Below, one piece after another: positions 12,991 to 25,849 of a DNA stretch of 64,000 bases. The position numbers and the translations under genes are program-made. Every line of letters begins with the position of its first letter. Position 1 is the stretch's first letter. The stretch comes from Selaginella moellendorffii (taxonomy: Eukaryota; Plantae; Lycopodiophyta). The stretch spans positions 811,771 through 875,770 of the forward strand of contig NW_003314314.1 of the NCBI RefSeq assembly GCF_000143415.4. Direction: 5' to 3'. A model generated the notes under the pieces. The model was not told where the DNA came from. It saw only the letters and a list, made by a program, of their open reading frames with translations, and searched no databases.

Positions 12991-13879
12991 TAGCAGCATT
13001 TGATGCCATATTCAAACTCAAGCACTAAGATCAAGCATAAGCCAGGCTCAAGCTCTAGTTGTGATAGATTTATTGATAAGTTGGGGCTTAGGCAAAGGAT
13101 TGCTGGGTGTGTTAGCTAAAAATAATTGCCATTATTATTAATAACAGTAATAACCAATCTAACAATTCTAGTATAGTATATAAATCTTGACAATATATTA
13201 GCCTTACAACTTTTTCTTACTAGTGGACACCTAAGAAATGCTTATAGAGGATTGCAAGCAATAATACAAGGATCTATAACTTTGCTAATTGTCCCCTAGA
13301 GCATGGCACCTCCTTATCTATTTTTGCTTTTTTCTTTTCTAGCTTCTAATGGTCAAGGCTATGGTTATGCAGTATAGCTATAACTAAGATTTCTGATTCT
13401 AAAAAATGTTATGCCTTATAAATCTAAATATAGTTTGTATTAATGATAAGCTTGATTATAAATAAAATTATGCTAAATTTTTATAAGCATTTAATGTAAA
13501 TAGTATTTTAACAGAATTTATCAGTTATATCAGTTTTGAAAAAGCTATAAGAGGAAAAACAAAACTTAAACACATCTATAATTATTATATTTATAAAAAC
13601 TAATCAGTATAATTATTATATTTAATGATATTTACTTTCAAGCAGTGCATTGTATCTTCCGAGATGTTCCACAAGCATCCACTCTCTCAATGAAACTATA
13701 TACTATTCCTTGATGGTGGATGCACTTTCATAACTTTCAAAAGCATCTTTGATGATGGAGAGAAAACACTTATCTAAATTCCACACTAACAACTCCATAA
13801 CTTCCCTTAGTAAAGGATCATCACTATCATCTATTCAAATTTAAACAAACATCACCCTCAACCTCCATCACTTAAACCC

Positions 13880-14700
13880 AAAATATTTAATGTTCCTTCT
13901 TAATTGTTATTGCAGTTAGGAACATAATATCCTAATCCCTCAAAAAATACTTTACAATTGAAAAGATATATTAAGTTGACCTTCTTACCACAATGTGATA
14001 TGACTTTATCTAGCACTATATATCCTTTGAATATACTTATTGAACAAATCTATACCAAACATTATCTAAAAGTTTGGTATCTTTAACACTACCAAGTATA
14101 ATCTTTCTTTCCACTTAGATATATCTTTATTTGTATATCATTTATAAATTTCTTAATTATTTGCCTATCTTTTGAAAATTAAAAGTGTATAAACAATATT
14201 TGCTCAACTTTTAATTCTAACAACTTAATTAAGTCTTTGGATATCATGCTATATGCAATTTTTATATCAATCATCACTTAGACTCAGTATCTAAAGACAA
14301 AGTCTATAAGATACATTAATGGATTAGTGATTGCATAAATCTTGAAGAGAATAATTCACTTTTTCTTCTTTATAGTCTCCATTAACCAATTTATGAACCC
14401 CTTTAACCTCACCAACACTATCTTCCTTTATGACATTAATGTGAAATTTTACCTTATGCTTGTTGAGACATTCTAAAAACCTATTTCTTGCCTTTCCATA
14501 GTGGAAGCAATAACCTACACTATTTATTTTGCTAGGAGTAAATTTTATAAATTGTTGTTACTTGAACCTATTAGAAGGAAGAAGAAAGGGCCTATGACTA
14601 AATGAAGTAGCTAATAGATACTAACCACCACTTTTATTAATCATTCTTTATGACACTTTGGAGCAAAACTTTCCTTCCACACCTTAGTGGTGGAAGGTAG
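13880..14700 (-). mobile_element. Heavily transition-mutated gag/protease remnant of the same gypsy family as 54744-57960
   Basis: Reverse complement aligns by eye with ~55800-56267 + 57387-57780 and lacks the solo-LTR insertion. Confidence 0.7.
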
Positions 14701-15849
14701 GGATTAAACCTTGACCTAGTGGTGGTATTGGCAAATATTACCATGATCAAAGGATTTGGTGGGAATTAACAAAAGGATATTAGGGGATGGTGTTCCTTAT
14801 ATCTTAAGGCAATTTAAAGATGGTAAAGAGTGATTAATAACCATTTATAAATAAATGATATAATCTTAGAGAAATAAAATTATAGTATGAGTGGTTTTTG
14901 ACTCTTAATAAGACAATAAGAATGAATATGGTTCTAATGCAAGAGGCTTTAGGTGTTGGAAGTGGGATTCAAATACATAAAGTATTTGGACCCAATATGA
15001 AGTCTTGAAGCCTTTAGGGTGTTAATAAGTACCCCAAGTTAGGATGAAGACCTATAGAAATTGTAAATGAAATTCCTTTAAGTTGTTGAAAGTGTAATTA
15101 AAAGATTAAAGTAGAATGAAAAATTTTGTTGTTTACATACTATACATGTGAAATCAAACTTTATAGTGTAATTGGTGATAACCATAAACTTGCTCATATA
15201 CAATTGTAAAATAATCATCATATTTTGATATAAAAATATTATACAAAGATAAAGCTATAAGTTTAGGCTAATATATAGAGAATATAGGAAAGAAAAGGTA
15301 ATAGGAAGGAAATTTTTTTCTATGTTCTGTTTAAGTAGTTGCAGAGGGTATTACAAATTATTAGTTTATTGCATCACTATAGTAGTCAAAAGAATGAAAG
15401 AATGCCAGAAATAACAAAAAATATAATTCTAGATATTATCAATAACATTTATTTCTCTAATAGAAAATTTTAAGCTTATTTTGAAAAGAATGTTTTAAGC
15501 TGGATTGTAAATATCTATAGTAGTATTTATAGATTTTTACCATAAAAATTCTAAATTATATAAAAATAAAACTAATCTTTTCAGGGAGTAAAAATCTTTT
15601 ATATTTAATTTAGATATAGTCTTAAACCATAGAATTCAGAATATCCATTGGAGGCAATGGCTCTCTCTGTGTACATAGATAAAAATATGAGTGCTTAAAT
15701 TCTTGAAGAGTATGATAACATATAGAGAAAACTAAAATGAAAAAAAATAAAGTGATTATAATTTATTTTATTTTATATAATGATAAAAAGAATGTGTACA
15801 CAAACTTGTTACTATTTTGTTTTTTCTTAAGCACTCGGGTGGTAGTGAA

Positions 15850-16090
15850 TATATCTAAAATATGCTTGGATATTCTAGGATATTCTATCATTTAAAGGTT
15901 ATTATTTAATCTTGTATTAATAATTTATAAACTTTCCTAAACACTTCCTAGTATATTTTAATTTTACCATCTAATGGTTCATATGCAATATTAATCTTGT
16001 GTTTATAAATTATAAACATCCATTTGATCAAATTAATTAATAAATAGAAATAATGCTACTATTAAGTAAACCAAGTGTTGATGCATGCAA
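15850..16090 (+). mobile_element. AT-rich non-autonomous Helitron-like repeat, copy 1
   Basis: Shares tatgcttggatattctaggatatt...ttaatcttgtgtttataaattataaac...ccaagtgttg with copies at 16.8, 31.1 and 47.8-48.1 kb. Confidence 0.6.
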
Positions 16091-16095
16091 TAAAA

Positions 16096-17548
16096 GAATG
16101 GGAGGGTGGAAATGAAATTTTCTTGATGATTGCATTCAAACCCTCAACCTTGGATATGTCTCCCTCTTTGGTATGTCCAATAGTAGATCCTATCAAGAAT
16201 CAAGTAAGTTCCATAGAGAAAACCATCATAGTTACAAGTTAACGTAAAGCACCACGAGCAGAGGTTTTCAAGGTTGACTGCATTGTTTCCAATGTGAGAC
16301 TGATCTCCATGAAATAAAGAACCTTACCGGTCATCCAAAACCTTCATGTTATCCCCACAGCAACCAAGTCAGGATAAATAGGTTGTGATCAAGAACGCCA
16401 CTCCCTCGTCAAGGATTTCATCAATCATCGTTATGAAATTCGAGGTCTCCTTTGCAATGGCAAGATCACCTGAGGCCTTGGACAGTGTGGTCTCACTCTC
16501 AGCCTTGGAAGCTCTGAAGAGCTCACGACTCCCACAGCTCGTCCGGATGATCTGCATGTTCATACTCACCCTCTTGGCCGTGAAGAGCTCAGTTGTGCAA
16601 AGCTTCCTCACCTTCTTCCAGTAGGCGAGAAAGACATGCTCCTGTAATTCATGACAATAGAGACCACATAGGCAAATTCCATGCTTGAGAAACTCCTTAG
16701 CGATGGCTAAAGTGGAGACCATGAATAGAGCGATGGATCCCACACTACTACATCAGAGTGGGGGGTGGACAATCCCACCCCTGCTGTTGTCTAGCGCCTT
16801 TAGGTTTTTGGTTTGGTTATTATTCAATTAGATTAATCTTGTATTTATAATTTATAAATATGTTTATAATTTATAAACTTTATTAAACCCTTTTTAGTAT
16901 ATTCTTTTTTATTTTATCATCATGGTTGATATGAAATAAGATTAATTTTGTGTTTATAAATTTTCTTATAATTATAAACCATTTGATATAAGTAAGAATA
17001 ACACAGCAAACCAAGTGTTGCCACATGCAACACATAACAATTTTTTAAGTTATTGCTTTTAAGTTGGTTTATACAATTTAATTTTCTGTCATTAAGCTTG
17101 TTATTATTTTTCATTGATAAGTGTTATTAGTAGTCATTATTTGTGACTATCAACTTAAAAAATATTAAACTTTAACTTTAAATCTCATTTATAATAGTTA
17201 TAAGCCAAAAAAATTATCATTATTATGTTTAGTTGACTAAATGTCTGTGATCGTCTCCTGCTTCTCATCTGGCTGGAACTTCACTTAGTAGTGCCAAGCA
17301 TAAGTGACGGAGGGGTCCAAATTTCTACGAGAGCTACTGATGTGTGATGTGTGGGATGGGAGCAACAATGGATGGGCAAAAGATGATATGTTTGATATAT
17401 CACATTGAATATACAACCAAAGGTTAAGGGTTGTGACGCCTACTTGTTGGAAGGTGGCAAGACATGTCATCTGGATCTCATGATGAGAAGAGCATATCAC
17501 CTTGACATCGGATGCCCAGGAGATGGAAGTTGGCCGTTGCTTGCTTGA
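16096..17548 (-). pseudogene. Deleted, interrupted duplicate of the CYP71-clan gene at 6670-8207
   Basis: 16096-16742 matches ~7098-8014 including the intron, with many small deletions (YWKKVRKLCTTELFTAKRVSMN); 17515-17548 matches ~8080-8165; interrupted by a repeat insertion. Confidence 0.85.
16743..17040 (+). mobile_element. Helitron-like repeat, copy 2, inserted in the P450 pseudogene
   Basis: Same AT-rich core; subterminal hairpin GTGTTGC-cacat-GCAACAC at ~17015-17033. Confidence 0.55.
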
Positions 17549-17719
17549 ATGTCTAAACCTTCTTTCAATTTTACATGTACAGGCATTGACCCCAAGGACA
17601 ACGAGAACTAGTATCTACCAGCACCTAAATGACATTTTATAGCCGAACGGTGTCTAAAGAAATATTCGAAGCTATGAGATGTTGTCTAAGGAAAAAAGAA
17701 TCACAAATATGTATATACA

Positions 17720-19989
17720 TTACCAATTGCGGTCATGAGGTTCTGGATAATCCAAACCAAGCTTCTCAAAAATCTCCCGCTCTGTCTCACAAGGAATGGA
17801 TTCCGTACTTGCTTTAGACTGCAAAGACATAAGGTTAGAGCAAGATAAAAGAGAAAGAACAACCATACATCTTTCTTCTTGCTTTCGCGTATGAAGAGTC
17901 CTTGATCGCTCAGCTTGTATCCAAACTTTACCCGAGCCAAAAATCGAATCCTGCTCGACAGTGTTTCAGTTAACAAAGCATGGAAATGGTATCAAACGAT
18001 GGAACTTACTTTCTGTTGAGAACATCGTTCCCAGTAAAGGCGAGTAGTGCAAAAGCGTACACATGCCTTGGATAAACCTGAACGAGCACGACATAGCATC
18101 GGAGAAACAAAGCGAAAGCTTACTTTTATGTCTATTCTTCGATAAGCTTTGCATTGAAAGTGAAAAATCCCCATAAACATATCGGGTTGAGTACCTCCCT
18201 GTTCGAATCACATGAAGCACACTAAAGAAAAGAAAAAGCTGAGTTTACCTTTCGAGCATTTGCATCGACGCGAAGACCATCTACGATAAACTCGATTCTG
18301 CGCAGTTCTTGGACGAGTCTCGCCAGAAGATCCTGATGGCTGCATAGCAAATGTGAGTGAGAGGAGTGTGTAAAACATGGCAAACTCGTAAACCTGGAAC
18401 CATCGGGATGAGTGATTAGAATATCAACGTCGCCACAAGTAGGCTTGCCTCTTCGATAAGAACCTGCTGCATTTACCCAAGCCTACAAGAATGACGCACT
18501 GGTAAGCAAGAGGAGAAATGTGTAAAAGCTTACCCCTGGAGCAAGAGTTTCAACAACACCTCGCACGAACTTCTCGGTGTCCACCACTTCGTCTCGAGGG
18601 ATTCGCAAATTAATATCGTCATAATACTTGACGCCCATGCGCTGCATAGAAGTCAGGGACGAGTAATTCTCCAGGTCTTTGACAGTGCGAAATCCTTTCT
18701 TATACAGCTCTCGTGCCTGAATTGCTCCGATACCCCACACTGAGCCAAGAACTTGTATTTCGCCAACCTGAACATCATCATCATCCAGCTTCACCACAAG
18801 TAAGAAATGTCGGAAGAAAAACCTGCGCTTTCAGATTGTCAAGCTTTTGAAGTTGTCCAGTTCCCAGAATCTCCTTCACCATTTTTACAAGGGATTTTCC
18901 CACCCCATACATTTCTCTAATCTGCTCGACACTCGTCACTTTGTATGGCAAACTTCGCAGCTTATTCACAGTCTACAAAGCCAAGATTTAGTACAACTAG
19001 AAAAGCAAGAGTATCCATTACCTTTCTGTATATCAGGGATCTCCACTGGTCTCCCAAAACGTCCTCGTAGAGGTGCCACATCTCAGCCAGCGGATTCGTC
19101 AAATGCTCGTTGAGATTTGGATTCTCTTGCTTGCCGTAGAAGGTCTGCTTCCGCCTTAACTTCTCCTTGAAGTTCATGTTTTCATCCTCGTCCGAGCTCG
19201 CATCCTCCTCTTCGACAGGCTCCTCTTGATCGTCCGCAGCAACGGAAGTTCCAGCGGTTATAGTTGCGTTTTCTTCTGTCCTGACGAGAAAGCTTGTGCC
19301 ATCTTGTGTCCTGTCCAGAAACGAAGAGCTTTCTCTCGAAGTTGATGTGATCTCCGAGATGGTCTTATGCTCCTCTCCAGGATTTGTGACATCCGGAGTT
19401 TGGAGCTGGCAAGTCCTCGCTAGATCTTGCTGTTCTAAAGCGGCCGTAGCAACAATGGTTGTCTCAGGCTCGCGTAGAACAACAGACGATTGATAGCTTT
19501 CGGTGGAGACGAGAATTCCTTCTGTCAAACATGTTTGAAGCCAATCATATGGAAGAAACAACTGAAAAATAAGAAAACAAAGGAGAGTCTTGAGAATGAA
19601 TGAAGAAAGAAGAACAAAGTGTTCTTACCTTGGCGAGATTTTCAGCGTCTGGAAGCCCATCCAGAGCTTTCCTATCGACAGCCAGGACATAATTCAAGTC
19701 TCGTGACACTCGCTTCTTGTTTGGATCGGCAATCGTCCCCCCCAGGCTCTCAAATCTCTTCTTCCAAATCTACCAGCACCCCGCGGGGTTTATCTCAGCG
19801 CACAGCGATCCTACATACCTGCAGCCTCGTGCCATTCACTCCGCGCTCCACAAACAGGGCACAAATTCCCCAGAAAATCCCTTCCTTCTTCTCTTCCCCC
19901 TTGGGCCGGCGCTTGGAATTCCCATTCGCATCGCATTCTTTGATAGAATTCGCGCGCTTCCTTGTCGGATTTCTCCTCTCCTCGCTCAT
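17720..19989 (-). CDS. POLL: DNA polymerase lambda (X family), multi-exon
   Basis: N-terminal BRCT-like exons; HhH GVGKS and [15 protein letters not shown]; [22 protein letters not shown]; FTGNDVLNR; C-terminus [20 protein letters not shown]. Confidence 0.92.
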
Positions 19990-20063
19990 CCTAGCTCTAG
20001 AACCCTAGGGCTTTGCAGTGACAGCTTGAAGGCGAAGATAGATTCCATTTCGTAAGATTTTCA

Positions 20064-20162
20064 CCGCGAAAATCGTGACCGTCAGATCTACTTTAAATTA
20101 CAACCGTTGGAATTTGTATATCCACGAAAATCATGACCGTTGGATTCTAGAATCGTTGGATC
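20064..20162 (-). promoter_or_regulatory. Pol lambda upstream region: E2F-like TTTCGCGG plus repeated CCAACGG (MSA-like) motifs
   Basis: ccgcgaaa at 20064-20071; accgttgg at 20103 and 20136; related variants nearby. Confidence 0.4.
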
Positions 20163-20172
20163 AAAACTTGTT

Positions 20173-22083
20173 CTAATACAAATAACTGGTGCTTGACAAG
20201 TTCTTCAAGTTTTCGAGCTCTTTGCCTTGCGCAATGCCTGGATCAATATGACAAACCTGAAGCAGCAAGAAAAATCATTCCAGCGAAACACATACGCACA
20301 CAAAAACACCGAAGAGAACAGTATGTACCTGATAAGCTGCTCTCTTGAGCGTATGAACTCCACGTTTTATAAGCTTTTGCCATCCAGTTTTCGCTCGTAA
20401 AGCTTTCACGAGTTCTTCTGTCCGCTGCCAAAGGACGTATCATCAACGAAACAGCAAAGCATAGCAAAGTTACCTGTGATGGATCAAGAACTAAAAGGAA
20501 CGCTTCTTCCGGCCCGCCTAGCTTCCTTCTTCTTTGAATCCCCACAATTGTCCTAGAATGCCCCTGATGCTGAAAGTAAAGAGGCCTGCCAGAGAAAAGT
20601 TTAAATGAGCACAGAGAAAACTCTCATCAAAGAACACGCAAAGAAATACTCACGGTCGTCTGGAGATGATAACCAGCGGCTGGCGATTCTCTACATGGTC
20701 CCTGTCCTCCTCGGTGTAATAGTTCCACACCCAGTCCACAAGCCGCTGGTGATTATAATCCTCGAAGTCACCACCACAAGCCTTCGGCGATGGCTTTTCA
20801 ATCCTCTCAAACTCATGCGACCGTCCTGGCTGATTTTTAAAGCACACGAAGCAGAGATCACAATCCTGTTGCTTGCTGCTCGAGAACCTCGGACCACGAA
20901 TCGGATACATCCCGCAAGAATCACAGTGAGCGTTCCAGTGCTGAACTATACCTCTCTCGGAGTCGTTTTGCTGCCTTGCCCCGGGTCTCTTCGCAACCCT
21001 CTTCGATGGAACTTTACCACCGGTCGTTCTCGTCAGTGCCTTGAAGTCGACGATTCTAGCACGAACTCCAAACAGTCTCAGCAGCGCAGCGCACTCTGTC
21101 GTTCCAATCCATTTCTGCGAACCGTATATGGCACCGTTGAAGTGCTCGGCTCCATCCGAGTCGAATCCTTTCGACCAGGCGATCTCGAGCCACTGCTGCA
21201 GAGCTGCTATCGTCGGCACAAACCCGGCTCCTCCAAACAAAGCTTTCCTGTAGGCTTCATCTCTCGCGAGGAGATGAGAGCTAAGCATCTGTATGTTCCG
21301 CCACCCGCAGCCCCATCCCAGATCATGGCTAGTGCTCTGATAATGATCGATGAAACTCGTAAGTGCGTAGGCCGAGGGCCTTTGCTGCTCGGCCACCACG
21401 CACTTGCGGAGAAGATCGACGAAGCCTTCTTCAACCGGAACAAAACTATCTCTTTCCTGCGAAGCTATGACTGCCGGAACCTCCCACGGACAACCATCTC
21501 GAGAGCTGGATGGACGAGCAGCAACGAACTGTTCCTGCTGTTGCTGCTGCTGCTGGCTACTGCTACCGGTATCTAGAGGATTTCCGACGAGCTGCCAGAG
21601 TCGAAAGTTTCAATCAAAACTGGCCAGAAAACTGGAAAAACAATTCGACTCACGAACAGTGCTCTTCTCACTCTTGGCACTCTCTCTTTCCGAGCAAAGT
21701 TACCTCAAAGTGTACCGACTGACGAGCATTCAAGGAAAACAATGAGCTCTCCCATTCTACCACACTATTAAACAAGCGGTCCTAAAACACTGGAAACGTT
21801 AGCGAGAGAAAAGAAAAAAAAAATGTAGAGGAGAACACAAAGAAAAACAAAAAAATGCGGGAGACAAGGACGCACTCACTTGCGCTCGGGCAAACTCCTC
21901 GTCCCTCTCGATCTGCTCCTGATCCAGGTGCTCATTAACATGCCTGATACCCCAAAAATCGAATGAACGCCTACAACCGAAGCTAACTCGCGAGATCTTG
22001 GGATCTACTAGATCCCAAAAGCCCTGCGCTTACCGATCGAGATCGCCATCGTCCACCGCGCACCCGCAAACGGGGCAGTCCAT
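20173..22083 (-). CDS. ZUP1: ZUP1/ZUFSP-type C78 ubiquitin peptidase with N-terminal zinc finger and an inserted ZZ zinc finger
   Basis: MDCPVCG..HVNEHLD; DLGWGCGWRNIQML (catalytic Cys); KWIGTTEC; PLYFQHQGHSRTIVG; LLVLDP; insert HCDSCGMYPIRGPRFSSSKQQDCDLCFVCF. Confidence 0.88.
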
Positions 22084-22248
22084 CGCTTCCCGCCCGCCGA
22101 GAGCCCTAAACCCATTTCAAACCAGATGGCGATTCATAGTTCCTACCGTACAAAATGTAACGTTTGCCGTACATAAGTTTTCAAAGATAAGAATATCCCA
22201 CGAATAATCATGTCGTACAACCCATCTCCTACGAACAATCATGCCGTA

Positions 22249-23775
22249 CTACCGCCCAACAGATGGAGAGCGCATCAAGCGCGGGCTCTCGGGCGGCAAG
22301 CTTCCCTCCCTGCTGTTCCTCACCGCGTTCCTGGCCATCCTCGGCGTCCCCGGCGTCGTGCTCGCGCCATAGCTCGCCCGCAGCTTGGCATCCACCGACG
22401 CGCACGTCCTCGCGATGGTTTTGTTGACAAGCCGCTGCGCCGCGTCGGAGAAGTAGCCCCTGCCCGGGCTCCCCATGGCCGCCCCTCGAGCTGGCGATGG
22501 AGTGCTGTAAGGAGCGTGCCGGATCTTCGTCCTCTCGCGGATGTTCCTCGACGCCTCCCTCGAGAGGCTGTGAGCTCGAGTGTCCCGGACTGGCGGCGCT
22601 GGGATCTTGAAGTGAGGACCATCGCCGCTGCCACCAATCCCGACCGGAGTATCCTCCATCTCCAGCCTCAGTGGAGTCCCCTCGATCTCTCCCCAAGTCA
22701 CGAACGGCGAGGAGTCCACTCCTGGAGCTGGCGATGGCGTCGAGACGTAGCTGTATCCCGCCGTCCCGGCCTTGGGCGGAGGCTTGGCGTTGTCTCCGAG
22801 CTGTGGGGTCTTGCGGAGCTCCTCGAGATCATACCTCCTCCGCGTGGCCGAGTCGAGCGGCGTGGAAGATCCGTGGTGAGCAGGAGTGTAGAGCATCGAG
22901 AAGGACTCCTCCTCCGGGAGTTTCGCGTCGAAGATCTTCTCGTGGAAGCGAGTACTACGCAGGTTGACGGACTTTGGCGGACCGTGGAGGCGTTCTTCCT
23001 TCTCGGCCTCGGTGAGCGGAGCGTCGTCCCTTTGAGTCGAATCATACATTAGTAAGTTCTTGGGCGTGTAGCTCCAGGTATCCAGAGTGCTGATCGGCTG
23101 GTTGGAAGTTCCATAGCCATCGGTCTGTCGATCCTTGTCGGTCAGCTGGAGCGGCTGCGACGACGACGAGATCGCCAAGAACTTAAACTTCTCCTCCCGC
23201 CTCCTGTTCACCTTCTCGATGATCTTGGAGAAGCTCTCGTTGTCCTCGCTCGTGTACCGCCGCATGAACTCGTCCAGAGACACCGAGGTGTTGATCACCG
23301 TCCCCTGCTCGTCCACCAAGCTCGAAGACGAAGATGGAGCTCCAGCAGTCGTGGATGGAGTAGCAAACCCTGGCGTTGGCATCACCGACCCTGGAGTAGC
23401 GAAAGTTCCTGTGTGGAACAAGGGCGTTCCATCCTTGCCGGACGGCCCAATCCCCCGTAGCCTCTGGATGATATTGAGCTGGGCCTCGCGCATCAGCACC
23501 GGATCCCCGCTCCTCACCGCCTCGAGCCACTCGAGCTTGTTCTGGAGCTTGGGGATGTCCGGGAAGAAATCCCGCTCCACGATCCTCTCGATCGCGGCGA
23601 CGTATGTGTCCTCGTCCAGCACTGCGTGAGAACTCTTCCTGGGCTTCCCTGGCGGCGGCGGCCCCATGATCGCCCTACCGGATGTCGTCGCCACGACTCC
23701 ATCCAAGCTCTGGACGCTCGGCGATGGAGAGGGGGGCACGATGAGCCGCGGCGAGTGCCCTGGAGACGCTAGCAT
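22249..23775 (-). CDS. ESS2: Splicing factor ESS2/DGCR14 (Es2) homologue, single exon
   Basis: 508-aa ORF; VLDEDTYVAAIERIVERDFFPDIPKL, SLDEFMRRYTSEDNESF, SPFVTWGEIEGTPLRL. Confidence 0.93.
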   Translation of the reverse strand: MLASPGHSPRLIVPPSPSPSVQSLDGVVATTSGRAIMGPPPPGKPRKSSHAVLDEDTYVAAIERIVERDFFPDIPKLQNKLEWLEAVRSGDPVLMREAQLNIIQRLRGIGPSGKDGTPLFHTGTFATPGSVMPTPGFATPSTTAGAPSSSSSLVDEQGTVINTSVSLDEFMRRYTSEDNESFSKIIEKVNRRREEKFKFLAISSSSQPLQLTDKDRQTDGYGTSNQPISTLDTWSYTPKNLLMYDSTQRDDAPLTEAEKEERLHGPPKSVNLRSTRFHEKIFDAKLPEEESFSMLYTPAHHGSSTPLDSATRRRYDLEELRKTPQLGDNAKPPPKAGTAGYSYVSTPSPAPGVDSSPFVTWGEIEGTPLRLEMEDTPVGIGGSGDGPHFKIPAPPVRDTRAHSLSREASRNIRERTKIRHAPYSTPSPARGAAMGSPGRGYFSDAAQRLVNKTIARTCASVDAKLRASYGASTTPGTPRMARNAVRNSREGSLPPESPRLMRSPSVGR

Positions 23776-24307
23776 TCTTCCTATCGATCGACCCTAGTTA
23801 CCTGTTGTAGGCAAGAACCCTAAAATCAGAAACCCCAAACTTTAGGGCTCTAGATATTTAAGTGGACAAAAGGCATCGCGCCTTTACCTCTTGGAATTTA
23901 AGGAATCATTGTACCCTAATTTAACATTAAACAAAAAGTGTAAGCTGTAGTACGGCGTGATTATTCGTAGTATATCCGTTGCTTTTTTGTTGTACGGTCT
24001 TGTGTTCGTAAGAAACAAATTTCTTCGCTAAAAGCTCTAGAAATCACATGTTGCCGCAAGATGGAGCTCTTGAGTGAAGCTACATACAACTAAAAGCGTG
24101 ACGACCCTCGATCGATCAACGAGTCTCTCGCACGCCAATGACAACATCATCTCTCCAAGATTGGAATGGACATCCCAACGCACGACCCGCTCGTCTCGTC
24201 CACGCCACACCACCAGCGATGGCGGCTTCCAGTCTCAGGCGGAGGGTCTATAAAGCTCCCGGCTCTAAACCAGCGAAGAAATCCAGATCCAGCTCCAGAG
24301 AGATCTC

Positions 24308-24955
24308 ATGGCGGCTCCGGCAACCAGTGGAAGTTCCAGCCTCCTCATCGCTCCTCCTAAAGCGGAAGATCGCCAAGAACACGTAGACGAAGATGTCAAG
24401 GAGTTTGACGACTTGATCTCTAGATCTCTCGCTAGCGCGCTCCGCGGATCGGCCGACCTCGCCAACATGCTTCCAACAGGCACGCTGCTTCTCTTCCAGA
24501 CCTTGGATCCGATCCTCCGGCGAGCTGGGAGCTGCCAGGACAAGACTTTGAGTGCCGCCTTCCTCATCGTTTGCAGCGTTGTGTGCTTCGTCCTCTCATT
24601 CACGGATAGCTTCGAGGCGCCCAATGGGAAAGTCTACTATGGATTCGCGACCTTCCGCGGGATGTGGACTCCGCAGATCGAGCAGCCGTGCCCTGGCGTG
24701 GATCTCTCCAAGTTTAGGATCACTGCTGGTGATTTCGTCCATGCCTTTCTCACGGTTTATGTGTTCCTCACGACCAGTGCCTTCTCCACCGATGTTGCGA
24801 GTTGCTTCTTCAAGGTTCCGGACGAGGTTGTGAGAGCCGCGCCTTCCATCACGGCCTTCCTCGTGAGTAGTGTGTTCTTGTTATTCCCAACAACGAGACA
24901 TGGAATTGGATTTCCTGTGAAGCCTCCAAAGACTACCGCATCCTCCAAAGCATGA
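24308..24955 (+). CDS. DMP (DUF679) membrane protein, copy 1
   Basis: LANMLPTGTLLLFQ, SFTDSF, GKVYYGFATFRG, DFVHAF, FPTTRHGIGFP; TATAAA at ~24249. Confidence 0.92.
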   Translation: MAAPATSGSSSLLIAPPKAEDRQEHVDEDVKEFDDLISRSLASALRGSADLANMLPTGTLLLFQTLDPILRRAGSCQDKTLSAAFLIVCSVVCFVLSFTDSFEAPNGKVYYGFATFRGMWTPQIEQPCPGVDLSKFRITAGDFVHAFLTVYVFLTTSAFSTDVASCFFKVPDEVVRAAPSITAFLVSSVFLLFPTTRHGIGFPVKPPKTTASSKA

Positions 24956-25849
24956 CCTTTAGCTGCATTGGAAAGTTCACTCTTATCTAAGATATTTGTT
25001 TCTTGAGAGTCAATCCCATGATTATATTGATTCAGATATCAAAATAAAATATTCTTGTATTAGATAATTGTTTTATTTACTATGATTCTTCTGTTTTTTC
25101 TAAACTTTTTCTAATCTAGACTGCATAGACCTCCAAAGCATGATCGTCACTTAGATTAAAAGTCCACGAGCGATTATTTGTTTCTATATTTTGATTGTGA
25201 AAGAGTTCAAATTGATTTGAAGGTGAAATAGTATGAATTTGTTTGATATCCACCTTTAATATGGTTTAAACCTTTTGCATGATCTTAGTTAATGACTAAT
25301 CAAATCTCGAGGTTTGTGTTCGAATATCAGGGCTGCCAGTTTCACGAGAGGAACTTCCCCAAAAGCCAAGAAAAAAGAGCTTCTTTCCTTCTGATTACAG
25401 GCAAAGTCCAGCCTATAACGCACGACTCCGGAGCTCGATACGCAACGCAAAAACTGTGGAGAAAACGTGCAGGCAAATTCTTTCCTTGCTTTTGGGCTTT
25501 TTGGCTTCCTCTCTTCAAGTTTACTCAAGGGACTCTCGTTTTGCTCCTATCGATCTTGTCACTTCCTGGGCAGAGATTACAAATACCAGGAACATGTGAT
25601 CTCTTTTTGGGAGTAATCTCGTTATCTACAAAAAATTTCTCATCTCGATCAGGTGAGCACGCTATTCGATCATTCGATGGTCTTTTCGTGAGTTTCTCGG
25701 GATCAAATTTCTCTTCTTCTGTTCTTTCAATGGTCTCGTTTCTTGATTCCATCATTAGCTAGCGGGCTCCTCAAAGATCAAAGTGTGTTCCAATTGGGTC
25801 TTTCGGGACAACGCCATTCTTTAGGAGAATCAAACATCCAAGATCATCC

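Noticed and set aside
20605-21576. 323-aa plus-strand ORF
   Set aside because: Antisense shadow of the long ZUP1 exon; no motifs
22210-23629. Several long Arg/Ser-rich plus-strand ORFs
   Set aside because: Antisense shadows of GC-rich ESS2
24138-24307. Upstream ATGs for DMP copy 1
   Set aside because: Out of frame, with an in-frame stop at 24266
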